Shown here piece by piece: positions 1-11,922 of a stretch of 64,000 bases of DNA. Each line of letters starts with the position of its first letter. Within the stretch, counting starts at the first letter, position 1. Source of the stretch: Octopus sinensis. Taxonomy: Eukaryota. The position numbers and the translations under genes are program-made. The notes under the pieces were generated by a model. That model had not been told where the DNA came from and did not search any database. It worked only from the letters and a program-made list of their open reading frames with translations. The stretch lies in the NCBI RefSeq assembly GCF_006345805.1, contig NC_043001.1:25482001-25546000 (forward strand), written 5' to 3'.

Positions 1-156
1 CTTAACCACATGCACAACAATAACAACAACATGAACTTAGAAATGTGAATAACTAAATAAACAAAACAGGGAGGTGTTGTGGTAAGAAGTCACTGACTGC
101 AAACAAGTAACCGGAACTAAATTACTATGGCTTGACACTATGTGTATGTACATTAA

Positions 157-363
157 CCCTCTTGAGACTAACCCATCTGGCATTGCTTCTGGTTTTATTA
201 TGCAAATTTCCTGCTTCAAAAGGGACCTACATTTATACCTGCCATCAAAATTTCATGTTTCAGACACTAACTTAACAGTGACTAATTCATTTTAAATTCA
301 TTATTTTCAAAATTAACAGAAACAAATGCAGCGTATTTCAACAGAAATACCGTAACAAAAAGG
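157..363. mobile_element. TTAA-flanked piggyBac-like MITE (degenerate)
   Basis: TTAA|CCCTCTTG...AAAAAGG|TTAA. Confidence 0.6.
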
Positions 364-574
364 TTAAAAATGGATTGGGGGGGGGTGAATTATAGCAAGG
401 TGGCACTGAAAGAAAGAGATAATAAAAAAAAAGAGGTAATAATAAAAAAAAAGTTTGAGAAGCACTAATCTAGCTCGTAGTAAAATATAAGTAATTCAAT
501 TATTTTAAAACATTCTGATAATTTGAATTTTTAACATATTTTGTAATCATGCCAGCTAATAACATTAAAATTAA

Positions 575-985
575 TCATTATCGTTTAATGTCTGCTTTCC
601 ATGCTGGCATGGGTTGGATGGTTTGACTGAGGAATGGTAAGGCTGCATCAGGCTCCAATCTGATCTGGCAAAATTTCTACAATTGGATGCTCTTCCTACA
701 ATGCCAACCACTCCAAGAGTGTAGTGGGTGCTTTTTACATGCCACCAGCATGGGATGGGGGGAGGACAGTCAGGCGGCACTGGCATCAACTACATTTGAA
801 CGGTACTTTTTACAAGTGCTTTTTATGTGCCACCAGCACAGGTGCCAGTCAGGTGGTATTGGCATCAACCACGACAATGATTTTACTTGACTCAACAGGT
901 CTTCTCAAGCACAGCATATTGCCCAACGATTGAAGGGTACTCTTAAATGAGCCACTTATGTAACACTGGCACGGGCCATGGCCAC
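575..985 (-). mobile_element. RTE-clade LINE 3' end (family B, (GAT)n tail)
   Basis: Motif GGTTGGCGTTAGGAAGGGCATCC; further copies at ~5497(+), 15077(+), 18940(+), 20628(+), 23010(+), 36958(-), 61200(+) and 63961(+). Confidence 0.75.
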
Positions 986-1082
986 AATCTGAACATTAAA
1001 TATTTGATATTCAGAATACTTGTATGTTTTATGTCAACCAATTTAGATAATACTTAATATACTAAATTAACAAGAAAAATAT

Positions 1083-1235
1083 TAGGAGTGGCTGTTTGGT
1101 AAGTAGCTTGTTTACCAACCACATGGTTCCGGGTTCAGTCCCACTGTGTGGCACCTTGGGCAAGTGTCTTCTACTATAGCCTCGGTTTGACCAAAGCCTT
1201 GCATTTGGTAGACGGAAACTGAAAGAAGCCCGTCG

Positions 1236-1272
<37 letters not shown>

Positions 1273-1481
1273 ATATGTTTGTGTGTCTGTGTTTGTCCCC
1301 CCAACATCGCTTGACAACCGATGCTGGTGTGTTTATGTCCCCATCACTTAGCAGTTCGGCAAAAGAGACGGATAGCATAAGTACTGGGCTTACAAAGAAT
1401 AAGTCCTGGGGTCGAGTTGCTCGATTAAAGGCGGTGCTCCAGCATGGCCTCAGTCAAATGACTGAAACAAGTAAAAGAGTA
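1083..1481 (+). mobile_element. tRNA-headed SINE family A (head AGGAGTGGCTGTGTGGTAAG, internal (TA)n(TG)n, tail GAAACAAGTAAAAGAGTA)
   Basis: More than 12 copies in the window; A/B-box-like head. Confidence 0.85.
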
Positions 1482-2184
1482 TTATCTTGGAAATCTTTTA
1501 ATTACCAATTTTAGATGAGATTCCCAGATTTCATTCATTTGTTTCATAAAGAAAGCAAGCTGGCAGAATCATTAGTGCATTAATGATTAATAGCATTTCT
1601 TCCAATACTACATTCTGAGTTCAAGTACTGTTAAAGTCAACTTTACCTTTAATCCTTTCGAGGTAAATAGGATAAAGTATCAGCCACATACTGGGGTTGG
1701 TGCAATCAACTAGTTACCCTGCCCACACACAAAATTACAGGCCTTGTGCCAAAATTTGAAACCATTATTTTGTTTGATGATTATATCTGTTCTACATGAA
1801 ACTACTGCACAAATCAGCAGTTCACTGCAAGTATTAATCCAAGCTAAACTGCAATGTCTGCATAAAAGTTATTTTTCTAATATAGCATGAGTGAGATGAT
1901 TTTAGAATAGAAATTGTTGATGTTGCCAACATGATACTTGCTTTTTTTTTTTCTTTCATTTTTTAAGTTGGATAACCTTCCAATGACCTGTTCAGACATG
2001 AAACCTAAATCGAACTTATTGTCAGTGAAGCAGACTTGGTGCTTTACCAAGGAACATAACAATGACTATAGACTGGGCTAGACTGGATTGAATTCATGTC
2101 CCAGAACTTCACAGCTATTTTTGCTTCATATTGTCAATTGACAAGGTTTAAAAGAAAAGAATTTTCAATTTGAAAAATGCTTAC

Positions 2185-2370
2185 CTCTTGACAAACGAAA
2201 TCCAAGCTTATAGCTTCAGCTATAGAACTTAAAGCTTCTTTACAGGAATTACCAGTTTTCACATCACCAATTTTTTCAACCATACTCTCAAGGCAGAAAC
2301 CAGCAGAACATTTGGTAAAATTAGCTTTCTGAGCAAGAACCCCAATCAATTCTATTTTCAATTTCAATAC
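2185..2370 (-). CDS. CKAP5: CKAP5 coding exon 18, TOG3 (VLKLKIELI...KIGDVK...FVCQE), 186 nt; gene continues beyond the left edge
   Basis: KIGDVK motif; ttttcag| and |gtaagc. Confidence 0.96.
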
Positions 2371-2755
2371 CTGAAAAATGATTCCATAAAAATCATAAAA
2401 AATTTATTAACAAAAACATCTTTTTAGATAGTATTTCAAATCTGTATTAATAATTTAGCAACTGTTTTATGTTGGTGTGTGTGTGTGTGTGTGCATATGC
2501 ATGTTCTAAGTTTGTAATACACTGCTTGTGTTTCATACAAACATCATCTGATCTGAAGCTTAACTTTCAATGGTCTGATCCAAATAACTATAACGCAAAA
2601 CATTTTTCTGTTTTCCTTTTCCTTTGACTTTATATATCCACATCTTCCAAGTCAAAGCTTTTGTCATCTAGAATGAACTATTTGCATAACATGCCCAAAT
2701 TAGGCACACTCACTTCTATGATATAACCAAACCCCTTTTCAGCACCCTTGATTAC

Positions 2756-3044
2756 CATTTTTTTAAGCTGGATAACCCTCCAATGACCTAATTCAGACAT
2801 GAAACCTAAATCAAATTTATTGTCAGTGAAGCAGACTTGGTGCTTTACCAAGGAACATAACAATGGCTATAGACTGGGCTAGACTGGATTGAATTCATGT
2901 CCCAGAACTTCACAGCTATTTTGCTTCATATTGTCAATTGACAAGGTTTAAAAGAAAAGAATTTTCAATTTGAAAAATGTTTACCTCTTGACAAACGAAA
3001 TCCAAGCTTATAGCTTCAGCTATAGAACTTAAAGCTTCTTTACA
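2756..3044 (-). repeat. Direct duplicate of 1957..2244 (3' 60 nt of exon 18, donor site and downstream intron)
   Basis: Near-identical sequence 800 bp away with a few substitutions and indels. Confidence 0.92.
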
Positions 3045-3393
3045 CCTATTACACTGCATATCCAAAGATCCTGAATCAATTCCTTTTTCTCTACATATTT
3101 TATGACTTTTACTCCCCAACTTCTACATTCATACATGACTTCACTTGAATAAAAAAACAAAACACCTTTTTACAAAGAGGATCACTTAACATCCACCAAC
3201 TTTGAATACTGGTTAAGGAGATCATGAACTTCAGTTTGCGTACACACTTTTAATCACACCAGTGCATGTAATATAACTTAAACTGTAATTCCTATGTAAT
3301 ACAACTTAAACTGTTATTCCTATTTTGGCACATTTGTGTGCTACTAATAACAAGTATCTTAGTCTTAACTATTTTCACCATCAAGGTCTTTAA

Positions 3394-3614
3394 CCCTTTC
3401 GTTACTGTATTTATTTTGAGATGTTCTGTGTTTCCTTCAATTATTTCAAATATAACAAAGAATTTAGTAAAATAACATCGTTATCATTAAGCTAGTGCTA
3501 GGAACATAAATTGTGACTAAGATTTGGTGGAAGATTTTAATTCAAAACTAATGAAAACAAGACATTTATACTAAAGAGAAAGAGCCGGTTTCAGCCGGGT
3601 TGGTAACGAAAGGT
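3394..3614 (-). mobile_element. piggyBac-like MITE, subfamily 1
   Basis: TTAA TSD; TIR CCCTTTCGTTAC; reverse complement of 3640..3860. Confidence 0.85.
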
Positions 3615-3639
3615 TTAAGTCCTATCTTCTTTCTTTTAA

Positions 3640-3860
3640 CCCTTTCGTTACCAACCCGGCCAAAACTGGCTCTGGCTCTGTAGTACAAATGTCTTGTTTT
3701 CATAAATTTCGCATCAAAATATACCACCAAACCTTAGTAGCAATTTATATTCCTAATACTAGCTTAATGATAACTAAGTTATTTTACTAAATTATTTGTT
3801 ATATTTAAAATAATTGAAAGAAACACAGAGCATCTCAAAATAAATACAGTAACGAAAGGG
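3640..3860 (+). mobile_element. piggyBac-like MITE, subfamily 1
   Basis: TTAA|CCCTTTCGTTAC...GTAACGAAAGGG|TTAA. Confidence 0.88.
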
Positions 3861-4235
3861 TTAAACTTCTACAACTCCTATATTGATTCTACAATGAGAA
3901 TCAGGTAAATGTTGATCAATATCTGTCATGGCAACAAGAGCTATTGATTTACATCTTTGTAGTTCTCAAGGTAAAAGTGAAGCACTAGGCTGAGGAAGGC
4001 AGGCCTCAGTCAACACTGACCGACATATTGTATTTGTATTGACCAATGACAGACATGACACTACTTTTAGCAACTTCATACATGGCCTGGATAGTTTTCC
4101 AAACCAAGTTTCTCATAATCAATCAAACAGTACAACTATATAAATACAGTTAAAAGCTTTCAACAAAACAGGTTCAAGTTCAAAATGACCAACTTAGGAG
4201 CATAAAAAAAAACCGCATCAAACATCAAACATTAC

Positions 4236-4328
4236 CTGAAAATTACTGTCTTTTAGCCCTGGCTTTTTACATATTACACGTACAAACACCTGTGTTGGAA
4301 TTTCTTCTTTTGCTAAACCTTTTACAAG
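4236..4328 (-). CDS. CKAP5: CKAP5 coding exon 17, TOG3 (LVKGLAKEEIPTQ...KKPGLKDSNFQ), 93 nt
   Basis: KKPGxKDxNFQ motif; ttgcag| and |gtaatg. Confidence 0.96.
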
Positions 4329-4649
4329 CTGCAATAATAAAGATAATTGTTTTAGTTAATGCATTTAACAAACAAAACTTGTTCTGCATATAGACTTTTC
4401 ATGAAAAAAACAAAATTTAACAAAGAGATATTTAAATTTGATAGGCAACTGGATAATCACAGTTTCAACTCATTAGATCATTATAAATCATTAGATCATT
4501 ATAATTAAGAGACACAAACTCTTTCATTCAACTACAAACGACTATAAGGATTCTTGACAGAATCCCTAAACTAGTATGAAGTTGACTAAAATAAAAAGTA
4601 ATACTCTGCTATTTGTAAATTTCATGTATGAAACCCTACTGGGGATTAA

Positions 4650-4870
4650 CCCTTTAGTGATTGCATTATTCTGCCAAAATCAATGCTTTTTTATCCACAT
4701 TGCTTTGAACTAATCATGCATTATCTTGTAGCTTTGAGATTTTGATGAGGTAGCTGTTAATTCTTAAAACGATATTGTAGGGTTGGTGTGAGAGACTAGA
4801 TCTCACCAGTTTGAACATAAAACAGGCAGAATACTTCTGGCAGGATATGGCCGGTTTAAATGCTAAAGGG
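4650..4870. mobile_element. piggyBac-like MITE, subfamily 2
   Basis: TTAA|CCCTTTAG...CTAAAGGG|TTAA. Confidence 0.85.
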
Positions 4871-5437
4871 TTAAGAGAAACACCAAATATAAAATACAAA
4901 CTTGTGATCAACCTAAAACATGCTTTTATCTCCCTCATAAACTTGAGGTTTTAATCCCAAATTTTTTTCATTACAAAATGGAAAACTGCTGTAGCTATGA
5001 AATTTTTCACTCGATTGAACATAAGATATGATGATGATGATGATATTACTGATAGTTGCTGATTTTCTTCTCTTTGGTCAAATGATATTGCTATATCCCT
5101 CATCTACTAGCATAAAATTGCTCCCTTGGGGTTTGTAATCCTGCAAACTGCATGATGACCTTATTGATGCTGGTGGCATGAAAAATGCACTCAATACATG
5201 AAGTACAGTGCTTTGCATTAGAAAGGGTATTCATTCATAAGAACCATGCCAAAGCAGACATTGGAGTACAAGCAGTCCCCTGTGCTTTTGGGATCCTGTC
5301 AAACAGTCCAACTCATGCCAGAATGAAATATGAACATTAAACGATAATGATAGCTGAAGAAAAAACCAAGGAAGGCAGCAACTGGAAACCAAACTTATTT
5401 ATATAAGAAACAAGTATTTCATATCCAAAATTAAGCA

Positions 5438-5475
<38 letters not shown>

Positions 5476-6243
5476 TGATATCCCTCTCTCTCTCTTTCGC
5501 CTGGCCTCCGTGCCGGTGGCATGTAAAAAGCACCCACTACACTCACGGAGTGGTTGGCATTAGGAAGGGCAACCAGCTGTAGAAACACTGCCAGATCTAA
5601 CTGGGCCTGGTGCAGCCTTCGGGCTTCCCAGACCCCAGTTGAACCGTCCAACCCACGCTAGCATGGAAAGCGGATGTTAAACGATGATGATGATGATATA
5701 TATATACTGCTTAATTTTGAATATATCTCAACTAACAAAAATGAAACCAGAAACAACATAACTGGATTGTGTTAAAGGGGACAAAAGAGTTAACGACAAA
5801 ATGATTGAATTAGCAATTAAAAGAAACGACTAATAGAAAAATAAGTCAATATTTCTCAATCTTTCAGCCCATTGGCTTCAACCTTTTTAATATAGCTTTG
5901 CTTTGTTTATTCTTAACAAAAAGATATTTTGTAAGTTACTTGGCCAGTAGGCTTCCTTAATTCTAACAACCCTGTTAGAAACATGTCACAGTAGGTGGCT
6001 ATAAATAAGCAATACAAGTCTAATTTAAAGTAGATTAGAAATTTGTTGCAAGATACAGAATGTTAACTGAGGAAAACCTGTTCATTTGAAACTCTATTTG
6101 TCTCATAAACTACAAACATAGCAATAATTAACAAAATTATAGTTAAATTCTTGAAACTAGACTAAAAGAAAAGTTCATAGCCTGTCTTTAAGCTTTCCAA
6201 ATATTAAAAATACCTACTAACCAAAATAGAAAAAAGCCATTAA

Positions 6244-6465
6244 TCCTTTAGTGTTTAAACCGGCTGTATCCAGCCCAAATATTCTACACATTTTATGCTC
6301 AAACTGGCCAGAACCAGCATCTCACACTTACCCTACAATGTCATTCTAAAAATAAGCAATTACATCTTTCCTATCTTGAAGCTACAAAATAATATCAGAT
6401 AATTTTTTTTTTAAATGTGAATAAATAAGGATTATTTTTGCCAAATTAATATGAATGCTAAAGGG
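6244..6465. mobile_element. piggyBac-like MITE, subfamily 2 (opposite orientation to 4650)
   Basis: TTAA|TCCTTTAG...CTAAAGGG|TTAA; older copies at ~9235..9426 and ~24150..24372. Confidence 0.8.
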
Positions 6466-6725
6466 TTAAATGGTATTAAAATGATGTTAAGAAAAAATAT
6501 TTTTGATCACATTTTTGAACTAAGAAAATCAGTCAGCTTAGTACCCACCACCACCACCAACAACATCTAAACAATAACAAATACTGAAAACTTCAACTGC
6601 AATTTGCTTTATTTCTACAACAGTTAACCTCTTGTAAAGTAGACAAAAACAAATGATTTACAAATATAAGAAACTTTAAAAATGCAGAGATGAAAGCCTG
6701 AAATAAAATATTTCTTTAAACTTAC

Positions 6726-6836
6726 ATTTAGAAACTGTTCTATGCCTTGCAAACGTTCTTTCCAGTTGCTACTAGCAAGCTGGCCTAAAGTTTCAGCTCC
6801 TAAATGACTTTCAGCTTTTTCTTCATAAACATCATC
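6726..6836 (-). CDS. CKAP5: CKAP5 coding exon 16, TOG3 (DDVYEEKA...SSNWKERLQ...), 111 nt
   Basis: SSNWKERL TOG3 motif; canonical splice sites. Confidence 0.96.
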
Positions 6837-7096
6837 CTAGCAACAAATTTTAAAAGAAAAAATTGATATAAATATTTGATATATACTTTATAATACAAAC
6901 AACACATTGTCGATATTTTGTTCAAATTTGAAACAATTTCAAATGCAAATTTATTCAATACAATAAAACTTCTCAAACATGCTGATTTAGTTTTCTTTTT
7001 GTTGTATTTTTTCCTGTAAACCATAGCAACAAATGACAGCCATCATGACAATACACTTGGCATTCAACAAAGATACTACAGTGGTGAAATTCTTTA

Positions 7097-7870
7097 GTTA
7101 GGTTAAGTTAAGTTAATTTTTTGGCTCAAAAAGCAAAAAGCAAGGCCATGTAGGGGGACATGGAGTTATGTACAGGGAGGGTGTTCATGCAAAGAGTTCA
7201 GGCCATTTCTGGTCAAGAGAGACTTTGAACCGAGCAGTCATCGGCATCTTCACTATCTTGTCCAGCAGCTTATTCCACGGATCTGCAACCCGGACGGAGA
7301 AAGCCCCTCTCCTTCGATTGAGATGAAATTGTCGCAGATAGAGCTTTTCGGAGTGACCCCGCAGCCCACGCTCTGGAGAAGGAGTGAAGAACAGCTCTTT
7401 CAAGAGGTTACACTTTCCGCTTATGATGTTGAGAGCAAGAGAATAAAGGTCGAACGTCTTCAGCCTTTCTTCATAAGACAAATGCTTGAGACCAAGAGCC
7501 ATGCGGGTAGCCAGCTTCTGGACTCTTTCAAGATGATGTGTCTTTGAGGAGATAAGGAGAAGAGGCTTGAATCCCGCACTCCAATATGGGTCTCGCCAGT
7601 GTGATATAGAGCGGTAGGAATATGGCTGCTGTGAGCATTCCAAATGACCGTCGAATCAAAAACAGAACTCTGCGTGCTTTGTTGGCAGCATGGACGCACT
7701 GGGCCGAAGGCAAAAAGGAAGAATCCACCAAGATACCCAGGTCCTTTACCTGGTCGGTCCTCTCCAGCAGCAGACGACCCGGCTCGAAATCAAGTTGAGC
7801 CAACAGGCAGATGATAGCACTTTGACATGTTCAGACACAGGTCCTATTCGTTAGACCATCTCCTAACTTG
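7097..7870 (-). mobile_element. 5'-truncated CR1/L2-clade LINE (ORF2 C-terminus, 3' UTR and (TAACT)n tail)
   Basis: ORFs 7528..7803 and 7185..7643 give VKDLGILVD...LYITLARPILE...LERVQKLATR...LSYEERL...LRGHSEKL...FSVRVADPWNKL; one frameshift. Confidence 0.9.
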
Positions 7871-8100
7871 GTAAGTAATGGTTGTACTGTAAAATTGATG
7901 AGTGATTTGTTTGTTTTTACTACTAAATTAAATTCTCCCTATGAAGAAAAGTTACCCAATACAGGACTAGTATTCTATCCAAAAGGTGCTGGGTGGGGGA
8001 GGAAACTCTCACCTATATAACAGCAAATAACCGAAAACACTGTAGCTAACTAAAATTTAAATTACTTTAAAAAATATAGACCAGCAAATTTATTTCTTCA

Positions 8101-8492
8101 GGTGCAGGTATGGATATGAGATAAATTTGTTTCCCAACCACATGGTTCAGGGTTCAGTCTCACTGTGACACCCTGGGCAAGTGTCTTCTACTATAGGCTC
8201 AGACCAACCAAAGCCTTGTGAGTGGATATGGTAGATGGAAACTGAAAGAAGCCCATTGTGTGTATTGCTGTGTGTGTTTGTGTATGTGTTTGTCCTCCAC
8301 CACTTGACAACCTGCGTTGGTGTGTTTATGTTCCCATTACTTTGCGGTTTGACAAAAGAGACTGATAGAATAAGTACCAGGCTTCACAAAAAAAAAAAAA
8401 GAATAGTGGTCAATTCATTCAACTAAAATCCTTCAAGGTGGTGCCCCAGCATGACCGCAATCTAATGACTGAAACAAGCAAAAGATATAAGA
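8101..8492 (+). mobile_element. SINE family A (older copy)
   Basis: Aligns to 1083..1481. Confidence 0.75.
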
Positions 8493-8672
8493 TACTGCTT
8501 GAAATAATAAGCAGAGGCAAGATTATCTACTAAAAGCGTTTATTATTTTGATTCTTGTCTTCACTAAAAGTATTAGCAATTCTCAGCTGAGTTTGTTAAT
8601 CTCTGGTAATATTTATTAGAGGTCAAACTAAATCTGTTAAGAGCTGTTAAAAAAATAAAAACAAACACTTAC

Positions 8673-8747
8673 CGATAATATTGCTTCCACAGGTTCGTCT
8701 TTGGAAGATCTGTCAGCAGCTGAGCCTTTTTTCGATCCTTTCTTACC
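8673..8747 (-). CDS. CKAP5: CKAP5 coding exon 15, linker (GKKGSKKGSAADRSSKDEPVEAILS), 75 nt
   Basis: Ends like vertebrate ...IVEPELS; tttttataag| and |gtaagt. Confidence 0.85.
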
Positions 8748-9814
8748 CTTATAAAAAGAAAAGCACAATAGTAATAAAAAAAATGTCTTTCAAATATGAA
8801 GAGAATGATAAGTTTCATTGAAATTAGTCTTTGAAGTATATTACGACAAACTTCAAAATCAATTAAGATAATCTTCTCTGTGTATACCTATCTAATCCTT
8901 TACCACCTGCCACTTATAAACACCCAGTCCACATTATAAAGTAGTTGGTGTTCGGAAGGGCATCCAGCAGTAAAAACCTTGCCAAAACTGACCTTCCTGT
9001 GATTGTGCCACTTAAAAAGCACTTCCCACCTCACCTGTGCCATGCAAAAGACACTAAATCCACTCTGCTGAGTGGTTGGTGTTAGGAAGGGCATCCAGCT
9101 GTAAAAATCCTGCCAAAACAGTTACAGAAGCCTGGCGCAGGCTTCGGCCTGGTTGACTCTTGTGGTACTGTCCCACCCATGGAAAGCATGGAAGGCAGAC
9201 ATTGAATGATGATGAGGATGATTACTTGGTCAATGTAATGTTTATTTAGTCATATTCCTTTGAATTAATCATGCAATATCATTAGCTTCAAGATTTTGAT
9301 GACTGATTGCTTATTTTTAGAATGACATAGTAGGATAAGTTTGAGAAGTCAGACCTGGCTACTTTGAACATAATATGGGTAGAATACTTAGCCCAAATAT
9401 GGCTAGTTTAAATGCTATGGTATTAAACCCACCACCACCACCCAAAAAAACCCAGAAGTTTTCAGTCAAAATACTGTCCTACTAGTGTAACTGTATTACT
9501 TTAATAAGACACTAGGTGGCAGGTATGGTTGATAGTGTAGCCTGAATTACACAAATACATGTACATTGTCTGTTTATATTATTTGACTGGTATTGGTGGT
9601 GGGGAGGGAACAGCTGTCCTATAGAGTGAGTATTAGTTTAACTCTTATTTCACAATTTCCTGCTTTTATTTTCTGTACAAAACTCAAACAACAACTATGT
9701 TTTCAGCCAACAAGGAGTCCTCAACATCAGTAATTTCCAATCCCACCCTTCTGTCATTTACCCTTTAGTTTGATGCATTTTGCCAGTTACCCCTTTACTT
9801 CCATGAAAAAATTA

Positions 9815-10310
9815 TCATCATTATCACTTAACGTCCGCTTTCCATGCTAGCATGGGTTGGATGATTTTGATTGAGGGCTGGCGAACCAGATGGCTGCACC
9901 AGGCTCCAATCTTGATCTGGCAGAGTTTCTACAGCTGGATGCCCTTCCTAACGCCAACCACACCAAGAGTGTAGTGGGTGCTTTTTACGTGCCACCGGCA
10001 CGGGGGCCAATCAAGCAGTTCTGGCAATGACCTCGCTCAAATCTTTTTACACATGCCACCAGCACAGGTGCCAGTAAGGCGACGTTGGTAACAATCACGC
10101 TCGAATGGTGTCCTTTTATGTGCCACCGGCACGGAAGCCAGTTGGCTGCTCTGGCAACAATCACGCTCGGATGGTGCTCTTGGTACCCTACTAGCACGGG
10201 CACAAGTGCCAGTAAGACAATGCTGGTAACGATCACGCTCGAATGGTGCCTTTTAAGTGCCACTGGCACGGAAGCCAGTTAGCTGCTCTGTCAATGATCA
10301 CGCTCGTATG
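9815..10310 (-). mobile_element. RTE 3' end (family B) with internal tandem subrepeats
   Basis: (CAT)n tail; repeated GGCACG...GCCAGT...ATCACGCTCG units. Confidence 0.78.
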
Positions 10311-10553
10311 AAAATATATACACTAAATAATCTTAATAATATTAATTAAAACCTCATGTGACTACCAACACACTCTCTTTACAATAGCATATTAGGGCTA
10401 ATATTCAAGTGAAATATTTAATTTTAATTTGTAATGGCACACCTTGATTTTATTTATAGAACTCAAAGGAAACAACAGGGAAAAGGAAACTAAGGGAACG
10501 TAACAATTCTGATGAGAGAAAAATTAAAGAAAATATCAGAACAGCATACTTAC

Positions 10554-10610
10554 ATCTGCTGCGCGAGATTTTGAAGATGCTGGGGCAGTACGTGGCCGAT
10601 CAGCGCCAGG
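10554..10610 (-). CDS. CKAP5: CKAP5 coding exon 14, linker (PGADRPRTAPASSKSRAAD), 57 nt
   Basis: GC-rich island with a strong pyrimidine tract (tttatttcttccttag|) and |gtaagt, in frame; no homology recognised. Confidence 0.75.
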
Positions 10611-10647
10611 CTAAGGAAGAAATAAAAAGAGGAAATAGATTGAGATA

Positions 10648-10946
10648 TCCCTATATATATAAATGGCAAAATGTCTGTGTGTATCCTTTATACAAATCCA
10701 CAATTTTTCAGTTAGAGGGTGGTCGTGCACATCTTTACATTTCCTCAGTCACCCGGCAAAGCCATTAAAAAAGATCAATAGAAGTGACTTTTTGTGAATT
10801 TTCTATCCAAAACCCAATCAAAATGCCCGAAACTTGATATGCCAATTGAATGCCAGCTAGCTGTATGTGATTGGTTGGAGATTTGGACAGTACTCGCGTG
10901 TATGTACGCACGCATGCAGCTATATATGCATGCACTAGCACTATGA
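10648..10946 (+). mobile_element. Helitron of the same family, 3'-truncated
   Basis: Aligns to 31215..31540; stops at CTATGA, before the hairpin. Confidence 0.8.
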
Positions 10947-11244
10947 TATGAATATTGGGAAGTTGCATTAACTGTTATGGAGACAGCATAGTCAAATAGT
11001 TAAGAATTTGCTTTACAATCATGGAACACTGGGTTCAACCCTGCTGTGTGGTGTCTTGAGCAAGTATCATTTATCATGGGCCCTAGATCAACCCAAGGCT
11101 TGTGAATAAAATTGTTTGAAAGCTTATTAGATGGATTACAATTCAAAGGTTCAGCCTAGACACATATTTTCACACTGATTCTATGTATGTATAGTGTTAA
11201 GCATATACACATCCATGGAATACCCAGCCACTTATTTTCAAGAA

Positions 11245-11317
11245 ATTCAGGTGGCCCAATGGATAAGGCACCCACCACTTAAGCAGGGGATTGCAGGTTC
11301 AAGTCCAGTCAAAGGTG
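11245..11317 (+). pseudogene. tRNA-Arg(CCU)-like pseudogene
   Basis: GTGGCCCAATGGATAAGGCA D-arm, loop CACTTAA, GGATTGCAGGTTCAAGTCC T-arm; anticodon and acceptor stems broken. Confidence 0.7.
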
Positions 11318-11887
11318 TGTTTCATTCTTACTCATCATCAAAACTGACTTAGATCTATAAACATCAACTGTATTATTCTCTTTTACTAATAACAATTCCA
11401 AGTCTGGGACATTTGATGATCTCACAGTCAAGCCACACTGTGTCAGTGATATTTCTCAACTTGTATTAATTGTATTAACTTTAATTTTGCCAAGTTAATG
11501 TTTAAACACTAAGTTTTACCTTGAACAGAAGACATCAGACTTAACTCTTGCTACATGGGAACTAAGCTGACTTGTTTTTGATAGCAGGGCACTTTATGGA
11601 ATTCGCCACATTTCATAACATAGTATGCACATTTAATTTTTAATGGCCAATAGAAAGAGGTTGCAAGAACTGATTTGCATATGATCATCATGTTACATCA
11701 CGTAGCACAGATATGGCTGTGTGGTTGAGCTGTCTGCTTCCCAACTACATGGTTCCAAGTTCTGTCCCACTGCATAGCACCTTGGACAAGTGCTTTCTTC
11801 AATTGCCTCGAGGCAACCAAAACTTGTGAGTGGATCTGATAGGTGGAAACTGAAAGAAGCCAGTTGTGCATGTGTGTGTGTGTATAG

Positions 11888-11922
<35 letters not shown>

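Noticed and set aside
1877-2062. ORF MLCSLVKHQVCF... present twice (also 2678..2863)
   Set aside because: Not similar to the expected next CKAP5 exon; the repetition is explained by the local duplication.
3267-3322. 28-bp tandem duplication (similar short doublets near 4478 and 60899)
   Set aside because: Ordinary slippage duplications; two units only, not an array and not CRISPR-like.
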